Shown here: positions 24,017-31,794 of the stretch, in pieces | Layout of the letters: each line of letters opens with the position of its first letter | Position numbering within the stretch: the stretch's first letter is position 1 | DNA from: Candidatus Saccharimonadota bacterium | Lineage (GTDB): Bacteria > Patescibacteriota > Patescibacteriia > 2-12-FULL-60-25 | NCBI GenBank assembly: GCA_023898425.1 | Contig: CP060222.1 | Location: 960,001 to 992,000 of the forward strand | Length of the DNA stretch: 32,000 bases | Reading direction: 5' to 3' | Translations under genes and position numbers: made by a program | Notes under the pieces: generated by a model | What the model was told of the DNA's origin: nothing | What the model saw: the letters and a program-made list of their open reading frames with translations, nothing else | Databases searched by the model: none

Positions 24017-24118
24017 TTGATAAAAATCTAATGTTTAATCTATTTAGCAACCGGGGGTAGGGGGTTTTAGGGGGCGAGTTGTATCATTATCCTTCCTATA
24101 TTAAGGTAGGCGATATCT

Positions 24119-27091
24119 ATGCCGAATCCACGCCCTATTCATGAGATGGAGTCTAAATGGCAGGCCAAATGGGCTGCTGAAAAGACCTATAAAGCCGAGA
24201 CTGGCGCCAAGAACGAGAAGTTTTTTGGTCTTGTTGAGTTTCCGTTTCCTTCAGGTGAGGGCTTGCACGTTGGTCATACCCGTTCGTATTTTGCGCTTGA
24301 TGCCTATACCCGACGTCAACGCATGTTGGGCAAGAATGTGATGTTTCCGATGGGCTGGGATGCTTTTGGTTTGCCGACTGAGAATTTTGCGATCAAACAC
24401 AAAGTCCGACCCCAAGACGCGACAAATAAAAATGTTGCGAACTTTAAGCGTCAGATGCAGTCCATGGGTTTTGGTTTTGATTGGGATCGTGAAATCAATA
24501 CAACAGATCCAAAATACTATAAATGGACGCAATGGCAATTCAAGCAATTTTTTGAAAGCTTTTATGATCGCGAACAAAAGCGTGCGCGACCAATCGATCA
24601 ATTGCCAGAGTACCTCGTTTCGATTGGCAAAGATCCTATGCAAGAAAAGGTGGATGACTATCGCATGGCCTTTAAGGGATCATCAACAATTAACTGGTGC
24701 GACAAATGTAAAATTGGTTTAGCAAACGAAGAGGCGGTTGGTGGAGTTTGTGAACGTTGTGGTTCGCCGGTTGTCGAAAAAGAAAAATCCCAATGGATGA
24801 TTCGCATCACCGAATATGCCGACCGTCTTTTAGAAGATTTAGATAAAGTAGATTATCTTGATCGTGTAAAATCACAACAACGTAATTGGATCGGAAAGAG
24901 CGAAGGTGCTCGTATCAAATTTAGAACAAATACGGATGATGTGATTACGGTGTTCACGACGCGTCCTGATACGATTTTTGGCGTGACTTATGTGACGCTT
25001 GCTCCTGAACACGAATTGGTTTCATCGTGGTTGAAGGGCGGATTCATTAAGAATTCTGATGAAGCAAAGGCCTATATTTCTGCAGCATCCGCGAAGACTG
25101 AAGAAGAGCGTCAAGCTGAACAACAAACGAAGTCAGGTGTAAAACTCGAAGGTATTACCGTGACGAATCCCGTGAATAGCGAAGTCGTGCCGGTCTTTAT
25201 TTCTGATTATGTTTTAGCTGGTTATGGAACGGGTGCCGTGATGGCGGTACCAGCGCACGATGATCGTGATTTTGCTTTTGCAAAAGCGTTTGACTTGCCA
25301 ATCAAGCAAGTTGTTGCTGAACATCATATCGATGTAAAAAATCCTCCTGTAGAAGGCAAGCCAACCGTTGCAAGAAAAACGGTGCAAGCTCTCATTCGCG
25401 ATCCAAAAAATGGAAAGATTCTTTGCTTAAATTGGAAGAAGCATCCATGGACGACCTTTGTTATTGGTGGTGTCGAAGGAGATGAGGATCCTGTTGATGC
25501 TATCTTACGCGAAATCAAAGAAGAGACGGGTTATACAAATCTCTCTCTCGTGCGACAGCTCGGGCCTTCGCTTGTTGCTGAATATTTTGCTGCGCATAAA
25601 AACGAAAACAGATACGCTGATGTTACCGGCTATTTATTTGAGTTAATCAGTGACGAGCATGAAATTATTTCTGCTGAAGAGCAAGAAAAGCATGAACTCG
25701 TTTGGCTCGATCGTTCTGAGATTACTCCTGAACGAATGACTTGTTCTGAATTGGGAGCTTGGATGTGGAATTTGGATCACCCAGAAGGTCGTGCTTTTAC
25801 TGATAATGGTATTGCGGTGAACTCAGACTTTATCAACGGATTACCAACCTGGAAGGCAAAGATGGATATGACAAGTTGGCTTACTGAATATGGAAAGGGC
25901 GAGTACGCAGCAACGTTTAGATTGCGTGATTGGGTATTTTCTCGTCAGCGTTATTGGGGAGAGCCGATGCCAATTGTTCATTGTGATCAATGTGGCTTTG
26001 TTGCAGTGCCTGATGATCAGTTGCCCGTTGTGCTTCCGGAGGTTGAAGCCTATGAACCAGGCGAAGATGGCTCGTCGCCGCTCGCAAAGATTGATGAATG
26101 GGTAAATACCAGCTGTCCCTCTTGTGGCGGCAAAGCCAAACGCGAAACGGATGTGATGCCAAACTGGGCTGGTTCGAGTTGGTACTTTTTACGTTATTGC
26201 GATCCGCACAATGATGAAGCGTTTGCTTCTCAAGAAGCGATGAACTATTGGATGCCAGTCAATCTTTATAATGGCGGCATGGAGCATACAACGCTTCACC
26301 TTCTCTACTCACGATTCTGGCATAAGTTTTTGTGGGATCTTGGACATATTCCAAAAGAGGTTGGTCCTGAGCCATACGCAAAACGTCGTTCGCATGGACT
26401 TGTGATGGCCGAAGGTGGAGAAAAAATGTCAAAATCAAAAGGTAATGTTGTAAATCCAGATGATGTGATTGCTGCTCATGGTGCGGACGTCTTCAAGGTC
26501 TATGAATTGTTCATGGGGCCTTTTGATCAAGCCGTCCCTTGGGATACGAATGGTATCGAAGGCGTAAAACGATTCTTGGATAAAATTTGGCAACTCTTTG
26601 ATCGTGAGAATGAAGTACCAGAAGCATCAGCAGCTCTTGAGACGCTTTATCATCAAACCGTTAAAAAAGTTGGTGAAGGCATTGATGAATTGCAGTTTAA
26701 TACCTGTGTCTCATCGCTCATGATTTTGGTAAATGCCTTTCAAGATCATGGCGGTATCCCAGCTTCGATGAAAAAAGGTTTTGTTGGAATAGTTGCTCCA
26801 TTTATCCCACATCTTTCCGAAGAGCTTTGGATGAAGCTAGGCGAAAAGGGGAGCGTGCATTTAAGCGCATGGCCTAAGTACAATGAATCAAAGCTAGTTG
26901 CAGATACATTCGAGCTCGTTGTGCAGGTTAATGGAAAAGTTCGCGCGAAGTTGCAAGCCTCTACTTCTATCACAGAAGAAGAAGCAAAAGCACTCGCTCT
27001 AAATGCCGAAGGAATTGCGACATGGCTTGATGGTAAAGAACCTAAAAAGGTAATTTATATTAAGGGTAAACTCGTAAGTATCGTGATGTAA
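24119..27091 (+). CDS. leuS: leucine--tRNA ligase with an inserted Nudix hydrolase domain
   Basis: HIGH motif (GLHVGH), KMSKS motif (GEKMSKSKGN), CP1 editing-domain motifs (TTRPDTIFGVTYV, AVPAHDDRDFAFA) and RLRDWVFSRQRYWGEP. At 990 aa it is longer than usual because of a ~155-aa insert carrying a perfect Nudix box. Confidence 0.95.
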   Translation: MPNPRPIHEMESKWQAKWAAEKTYKAETGAKNEKFFGLVEFPFPSGEGLHVGHTRSYFALDAYTRRQRMLGKNVMFPMGWDAFGLPTENFAIKHKVRPQDATNKNVANFKRQMQSMGFGFDWDREINTTDPKYYKWTQWQFKQFFESFYDREQKRARPIDQLPEYLVSIGKDPMQEKVDDYRMAFKGSSTINWCDKCKIGLANEEAVGGVCERCGSPVVEKEKSQWMIRITEYADRLLEDLDKVDYLDRVKSQQRNWIGKSEGARIKFRTNTDDVITVFTTRPDTIFGVTYVTLAPEHELVSSWLKGGFIKNSDEAKAYISAASAKTEEERQAEQQTKSGVKLEGITVTNPVNSEVVPVFISDYVLAGYGTGAVMAVPAHDDRDFAFAKAFDLPIKQVVAEHHIDVKNPPVEGKPTVARKTVQALIRDPKNGKILCLNWKKHPWTTFVIGGVEGDEDPVDAILREIKEETGYTNLSLVRQLGPSLVAEYFAAHKNENRYADVTGYLFELISDEHEIISAEEQEKHELVWLDRSEITPERMTCSELGAWMWNLDHPEGRAFTDNGIAVNSDFINGLPTWKAKMDMTSWLTEYGKGEYAATFRLRDWVFSRQRYWGEPMPIVHCDQCGFVAVPDDQLPVVLPEVEAYEPGEDGSSPLAKIDEWVNTSCPSCGGKAKRETDVMPNWAGSSWYFLRYCDPHNDEAFASQEAMNYWMPVNLYNGGMEHTTLHLLYSRFWHKFLWDLGHIPKEVGPEPYAKRRSHGLVMAEGGEKMSKSKGNVVNPDDVIAAHGADVFKVYELFMGPFDQAVPWDTNGIEGVKRFLDKIWQLFDRENEVPEASAALETLYHQTVKKVGEGIDELQFNTCVSSLMILVNAFQDHGGIPASMKKGFVGIVAPFIPHLSEELWMKLGEKGSVHLSAWPKYNESKLVADTFELVVQVNGKVRAKLQASTSITEEEAKALALNAEGIATWLDGKEPKKVIYIKGKLVSIVM

Positions 27092-27112
27092 GAAAAACGC
27101 CATAGAGAAAAC

Positions 27113-27140
27113 AGCGACCATCGAGTAGATGGTCGCTTTG
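27113..27140. terminator. bidirectional rho-independent terminator
   Basis: agcgaccatc-gagta-gatggtcgct plus ttg, between the convergent leuS and Rieske genes. Confidence 0.7.
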
Positions 27141-27148
27141 TATAACGA

Positions 27149-28111
27149 TTAACACGTTTGAGGATAGAATTGTTGGACCCATTTTCGGTATTGGATGATA
27201 GGTCCATCACCTTCTGCGAGAAGAGGTTTTTCAATATAGATCTTGGACTTCCACATAGGGATATCCTGACTGACATCATGCGCATAAGAGCGCAGAGCAA
27301 TCTTATGCACTAGCCGAGTCAGTCCTGGGATGGGGTGATCTTTGACGCTGCAGGCGATGCGCAAATGCAGCCTGTCTACTTCAATAGGTGTCGATAAGAC
27401 GAGGAGTCGAACATGAAGTCCAACCGCCGCCACTCCTGCTCGTACGAGTGAGTAGCCAAGTCCATGAACATCAGCTTCAAAACGTAGTTCAGCGTTAAGT
27501 CCAGGGAGGTATATCCAATCGAGACTGCGCTTTACGGCATAACCACTTTTGAGGGTTTGACCTTGTATTGCTAGAGGCTTTACCGCGATGGCAGAGGCAT
27601 AGCTATGCACGGCTCCAAAGTGGCCAAGATCAACGCTATTCTCACCCGTTTCTTGAGGATGACCACGAAAGACCCAATCATGAAATGTGAATGGCCGCCA
27701 TTTGTTCATGTCGAGCGCAGGAACATTCCAGTGCGGATCCGCGCCTATTGCATCGTAGTAGGCAAGAATCAAACCATTTTGCTCACGAATGGGATAGGTA
27801 GTGAGCTTTGCTCGTTGCGGTGGGCGCTTTGTTGGATAAGGTGTTCTTGTGCACCTACCCGTGCCATCAAAAGCGAAGCCATGAAATGGGCAGACGAGCT
27901 CGTTCTTGATGATCTTTCCATCGCCAAAATGGGCGCCCATATGCGGACAGTAAGCATCCACGAGGCGAGCTTGGTTGTTGTTATCGCGATAGAGAACAAG
28001 GTCTCGTCCAAAGTATCGGAGGCTTTTGATCTCTCGCTTTTTTAGCTCATCACTTGTTGAGACGACATACCATCCGTTAGGGATCGTCTTATAAGGAACA
28101 TTCTGCGACAT
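27149..28111 (-). CDS. Rieske [2Fe-2S] non-heme iron oxygenase, alpha-subunit type (KshA/PaO-like)
   Basis: Rieske motif CPHMGAHF...CPFHGFAF (CxH-x17-CxxH). Mononuclear iron motif DLGHFGAVH (DxxHxxxxH). C-terminal QDIPMWKSKIY...IIQYRKWVQQFY. The start is taken at MSQNVPYK (28111) after a GGAG; the maximal ORF extends to 28174. Confidence 0.8.
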   Translation of the reverse strand: MSQNVPYKTIPNGWYVVSTSDELKKREIKSLRYFGRDLVLYRDNNNQARLVDAYCPHMGAHFGDGKIIKNELVCPFHGFAFDGTGRCTRTPYPTKRPPQRAKLTTYPIREQNGLILAYYDAIGADPHWNVPALDMNKWRPFTFHDWVFRGHPQETGENSVDLGHFGAVHSYASAIAVKPLAIQGQTLKSGYAVKRSLDWIYLPGLNAELRFEADVHGLGYSLVRAGVAAVGLHVRLLVLSTPIEVDRLHLRIACSVKDHPIPGLTRLVHKIALRSYAHDVSQDIPMWKSKIYIEKPLLAEGDGPIIQYRKWVQQFYPQTC

Positions 28112-28136
28112 GACTAGCACTCCTGTACAGATCAAC

Positions 28137-28158
28137 GCATTACATTGCGTTGTAATGC
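28137..28158. promoter_or_regulatory. palindrome in the Rieske gene leader (operator or 5'-UTR hairpin candidate)
   Basis: GCATTACA-ttgcgt-TGTAATGC lies between a minus-strand TTGACG-17-GAAAAT promoter candidate and the RBS. Confidence 0.35.
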
Positions 28159-28219
28159 GGCAAGATTTTCTCATGTAGAATCTTGAACGTCAAAAAATAA
28201 TGCTAATGATAAAAAAGAA

Positions 28220-28248
28220 CGACCCGCCGAGTAGGTGGGTCGTTTTTT
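28220..28248. terminator. hairpin terminator after the FAD-oxidase gene
   Basis: cgacccgcc-gagta-ggtgggtcg flanked by an A-run and a T-run. Confidence 0.65.
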
Positions 28249-28269
28249 CTAGAGGCTCAGATCAGATGA

Positions 28270-30711
28270 TCAGAGCGAGGAAACGGGCGTCATCAGGTGA
28301 CGCTCGAATTCGCGATTTGGCGTACACGTGCCGCCGGGCGATGCCTGACACCAACGTGGATGAGCAGCGAAGCTGTTGCCGTTCAGGAAGCCCTGAAACC
28401 GGTGAACAAAGTCGATGCGGTGATTGCCAGCGCTAAGGGTCTGACAGCTAACCGGCGTACGCGGGTTGGCGTTGTAGCCAACTTCGGTACGAAGGTTCTT
28501 GTCGACCCATGTTTGTGAACAGGAGTTCCAGCCGGTGTCTTGCGCCGTGCCAGGGGACTCGTTCTCGTTGCTGAAGCAGTAGGTTCCTGCCGCAAAGTTC
28601 ATGTTCGCGGAGAACATGAGGCCGAAGGACTCCGTACCACCACTTGTGAGTGAGGGCAAAAAGTTCCAGTTCGAGTTGCGGTAGTTGTGGGATGTACTGT
28701 CGACATCAAACTCCCAGCCGTCTTGCAGGTAGCGCTGTTCGCGCGTCTGGTTGCCAAAGAGCCAATGGGATCCAAACTGTCCCCAGCTCTTGATCTCGTT
28801 CCAGTTGTCGTAGTTGTGACAACCGCCAGAGATATCGGAACCATCCCAGACCGAGAGATTGATGATGCGAGCATACATGCCGTTTTGAACGGTAGAGCTC
28901 GAACCAATAAGATTCTCGGTGCACGCCTTCAGGCCATCGTTGTCGCTATCTGCTGCTCCGGCCGGCGTTGCGCAGGACGGAAAGTAGTAGTTGGCGAAGT
29001 TCTGACCATAGAGCGGAGAGGTAAATCCAGAGCGGCGCGCCCACTCATTCGAGAAGACGCCGTAGGGATCCATCACGTCGATGACCGCTTGAAAGCGGGC
29101 ACGTTGTGCGGCGTTGTTCGCTAGGTAGGTCGGATTCGAGAAGATGTCCTCTCGGTTCTTGCCCCAGTGAAAGCGCGCCTCAGGGATGGTGAGAATGATC
29201 TCATGGAGAGCATTCAGTACGTGGTAGTTGTAGTTGTCCTTCTCCGCTTGTGTCGCCATGTAGCCGACATAAGTGGGAATCTCAACATGCATGATGCGTT
29301 CACCGTCGTTTACGCCTGCACGAACCGCATTGGCACCAAGGATGGTGTCGTCGGTTGCGTAGTCGTAACGGATGACCATACCAATGAGGGGGAGAGCCAT
29401 CTGGCTCAGCTCATCACGGAGGATCTCGAGGGTTTGTACCTCACGAGATTGCGGCACGGCGACTTCCCAGTCCTGAGAAGAGAAGCGAGGCTGCCCTTCA
29501 CGAAAATCGGGAAGTGTTGTGATGCGATGCGAAAGACCGATGAGATGATCGGTTGTCACCTCGGTGCCGTTGACCGTTTGGTATAGCCAAGGCTGTGTCT
29601 GTTGATAGCGCGCAAGCTCGACAAGCGCGTTGACCGCCGGACTGCAGAACGCCGCCTGGAACCCAGGAACCGCAGCATCGGTTGATGCCTGGTCCAGATC
29701 AGGGGTAAACAGACCATTCCATGCCGTTGGGTCGGCGAGATTGGCGGCGACGCGCATACCGCAGGTGTTCTTGACGCGATTCACGAAAGGAAACCAATGC
29801 GTGAAGGCGTAATCACAGTCTTCTACGAAGGCACCGACATCTGCGAACAGATCGTCTGCCGGCGAATCGGAGATGACGGTATCAAGACCGAACTGAGGTA
29901 CGAGCTCCACGCGTACGGCGGCGATGAATCCCAGAAGACCAAGATGAGAGAGCAGAGCTCGCCACTGGTCTTGCTGAAAGGCATTGCCGTTGCCGGTGGT
30001 GCCACGTGTGTAGGTTGTGAGCGCGCCACTGGGGTCGATGACCTCAACAGAAACGATCTTGTGCGAGATGGAAGAGACGCTTGTTGGCGAACCTCCATGC
30101 AAACCGGTAGCGAGACCACCGATGACGGTGATGCCGCCATAGCCCGGAGCATTCATCTCGGTCGAGTAGCCGACAGCATTCGCCGCCACTTGAAGGGCGG
30201 AGAAACCGACGCCTGGCTCAACACGCATGGTGGGCACACCTTCAAAGACGGCGAGAGAGCCGATGCCCTGAAGGTATTCTGTCGTGATGACCACTTGTCC
30301 GCTATCTGCGCAGAGGATGTCGGTATTGCTGTGTCCGTGACCAACAACCTTGATCCGAAGCCCTTGGCTGACAGACTGACGAACCATGCGTTGCGCTTCT
30401 GCGATCGACGTCGGTGCCAGAATGTTGCCACGAGGGCAACGAACCGCCTCCGCGTAGTAGGCTGTGTGAACCGTGCTGTGGTCCACGCAGTCGTTCGTGC
30501 TCGTTGCAGCCGTCTCGCCAAGCAAGGGGTTGCAGTAGCCATCTTCGGCTTCACCAGCGACGGTGAGTGCTTGAAGGCTACATGCTCCCTGAGCAGAGGC
30601 GATCGGGGTTGAGGTTGCGGCGCTGAGCGTAGTCATCATGACCACGAGCACCGCAAACGTTGGGGGCGTGAGCATCCAAGGATGCCCGGCTTGAAAAGAC
30701 CGTTCTCTCAC
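28270..30711 (-). CDS. secreted FAD-linked oxidase (VAO/GULO-ALO family) with a C-terminal PA14-like beta-sandwich region
   Basis: N-terminal signal/TM sequence FAVLVVMMTTLSAATSTPIASAQG. FAD_binding_4 motifs KVVGHGHSNTD and GGITVIGGLATGLHGG. ALO-type HWGKN motif. The C-terminal ~220 aa is Cys/Asn/Trp-rich and includes GTYCFSNE...WVDKNL. GTG start with GGAG 7 nt upstream. Sampled stretches are 60-65% GC. Confidence 0.75.
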   Translation of the reverse strand: MRERSFQAGHPWMLTPPTFAVLVVMMTTLSAATSTPIASAQGACSLQALTVAGEAEDGYCNPLLGETAATSTNDCVDHSTVHTAYYAEAVRCPRGNILAPTSIAEAQRMVRQSVSQGLRIKVVGHGHSNTDILCADSGQVVITTEYLQGIGSLAVFEGVPTMRVEPGVGFSALQVAANAVGYSTEMNAPGYGGITVIGGLATGLHGGSPTSVSSISHKIVSVEVIDPSGALTTYTRGTTGNGNAFQQDQWRALLSHLGLLGFIAAVRVELVPQFGLDTVISDSPADDLFADVGAFVEDCDYAFTHWFPFVNRVKNTCGMRVAANLADPTAWNGLFTPDLDQASTDAAVPGFQAAFCSPAVNALVELARYQQTQPWLYQTVNGTEVTTDHLIGLSHRITTLPDFREGQPRFSSQDWEVAVPQSREVQTLEILRDELSQMALPLIGMVIRYDYATDDTILGANAVRAGVNDGERIMHVEIPTYVGYMATQAEKDNYNYHVLNALHEIILTIPEARFHWGKNREDIFSNPTYLANNAAQRARFQAVIDVMDPYGVFSNEWARRSGFTSPLYGQNFANYYFPSCATPAGAADSDNDGLKACTENLIGSSSTVQNGMYARIINLSVWDGSDISGGCHNYDNWNEIKSWGQFGSHWLFGNQTREQRYLQDGWEFDVDSTSHNYRNSNWNFLPSLTSGGTESFGLMFSANMNFAAGTYCFSNENESPGTAQDTGWNSCSQTWVDKNLRTEVGYNANPRTPVSCQTLSAGNHRIDFVHRFQGFLNGNSFAAHPRWCQASPGGTCTPNREFERHLMTPVSSL

Positions 30712-30870
30712 ATCTCACTCCTACGTAACAGGTTTTACTTTTTGCTTTGTTCAAAGAAAAAGAAAAAGCTCGGGTATACTATCATGAAAAACATCATGTT
30801 GATATATATCGTCTCTCTCTTTTGATGAACGCTTCACAGTTTGAATACGCTGAATTATTCTGTATAAACT

Positions 30871-31752
30871 ATGACACCAAAAAAAGTTCGCAAAGTCATT
30901 ATTCCGGTAGCTGGATTTGGTACGCGATTTTTACCTGCAACAAAGGCAACGCCAAAAGAGATGTTGCCAATTATCGATAAGCCCGTTATTCAATATATTG
31001 TTGAAGAGGCGGTAGCAGCAGGTATTGAGGATGTCATTTTGGTAACGAGCCACATGAAACGCCCCGTTGAAGATCATTTTGATGATAATGAAGAGCTCGA
31101 ACGATGGCTTGAGAAGCAAGGCAAAAAATCACTTCTAGAAGAAATAAAAGGGATTTCTCAACTCGCGAACTTTATTTATGTTCGCCAAAAAGGCCCTTAT
31201 GGCAATGCGACACCGGTAAAAAACGTTGAGCATATTATTGGCGACGAGCCCTTTGCGGTGCTTTTTGGTGACGATGTCTTTGATTGCAAAACACCCCGCT
31301 TAAAGCAGATGTTAGATGTGTATGAACAATACGGCGGTCCTGTGCTTGCATCTATAAAGACGGATAAAGAGGGGACGAAGAAATTTGGCATCATCGAACC
31401 CGGAAAAAAACTCGGTAAACGTGTTTTTGAAGTAAAAGGGATGATTGAAAAGCCTGGCCCAGAAAAGGCGCCATCATTGTTAGCGACCGTTGGTGGCTAT
31501 ATCTTAACGCCAGATATTTTTAAACACCTGGCTAAGCTTAAAAAGAATAAAGTGAATGGCGAATATATTTTGGTGGATGCTATTACTGAGCTTATGAAAG
31601 AGCGGCCTATGTATGCTGTAGAGCTAGACGGTCGTTATCATGACACAGGTTCTAAGCTTGGTTGGCTTGAAGCGAATATTGCTTTTGCCCTCAAGCGGCC
31701 AGATCTAAAAGAAGGTGTAAAGAAAATGCTCAAAAAAGAATTGGGTAAGTAA
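30871..31752 (+). CDS. galU: UTP--glucose-1-phosphate uridylyltransferase
   Basis: KVIIPVAGFGTRFLPATKATPKEMLPIIDKPVIQYIVEEAVAAGIEDVILVT and VLFGDD are present. Length 293 aa. Confidence 0.9.
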   Translation: MTPKKVRKVIIPVAGFGTRFLPATKATPKEMLPIIDKPVIQYIVEEAVAAGIEDVILVTSHMKRPVEDHFDDNEELERWLEKQGKKSLLEEIKGISQLANFIYVRQKGPYGNATPVKNVEHIIGDEPFAVLFGDDVFDCKTPRLKQMLDVYEQYGGPVLASIKTDKEGTKKFGIIEPGKKLGKRVFEVKGMIEKPGPEKAPSLLATVGGYILTPDIFKHLAKLKKNKVNGEYILVDAITELMKERPMYAVELDGRYHDTGSKLGWLEANIAFALKRPDLKEGVKKMLKKELGK

Positions 31753-31754
31753 GC

Positions 31755-31779
31755 AAAAAGCGTGTAAACGCTTTTTTTG
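31755..31779 (+). terminator. rho-independent terminator
   Basis: aaaaagcgt-gtaa-acgcttttttt directly after the galU stop. Confidence 0.75.
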
Positions 31780-31794
31780 TTATACTGTTGTCAT

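Larger units (their letters stand above)
23503..24064 (+). mobile_element. DUF559 hairpin-IR cassette, copy 3 (intact)
   Basis: Outer perfect 14-bp inverted repeat: CCCCCTACCCCCGG (23503-23516) and CCGGGGGTAGGGGG (24051-24064). A 34-nt spacer lies on each side. Inner perfect 31-bp TIRs flank TTGACA, the GAACGGAGTAG RBS block and the ORF. Confidence 0.65.

Noticed and set aside
28297-30612. Numerous 60-270-aa ORFs on both strands inside the 813-aa FAD-oxidase gene (e.g. 29797-30612 +, 28687-29124 +, 30153-30554 -).
   Set aside because: They are typical stop-codon-poor shadow ORFs of a GC-rich gene. The translations are Arg/Ala/Gly-rich nonsense, while the long minus-strand frame carries clear FAD_binding_4 and ALO motifs.
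30775-30825. Mini-ORF MKNIMLIYIVSLF (ATG 30784) right after a TATACT box upstream of galU, considered as a possible leader peptide.
   Set aside because: It is too short and unconserved to judge. The box is more simply the galU promoter, with the mini-ORF occurring by chance in an AT-rich leader.
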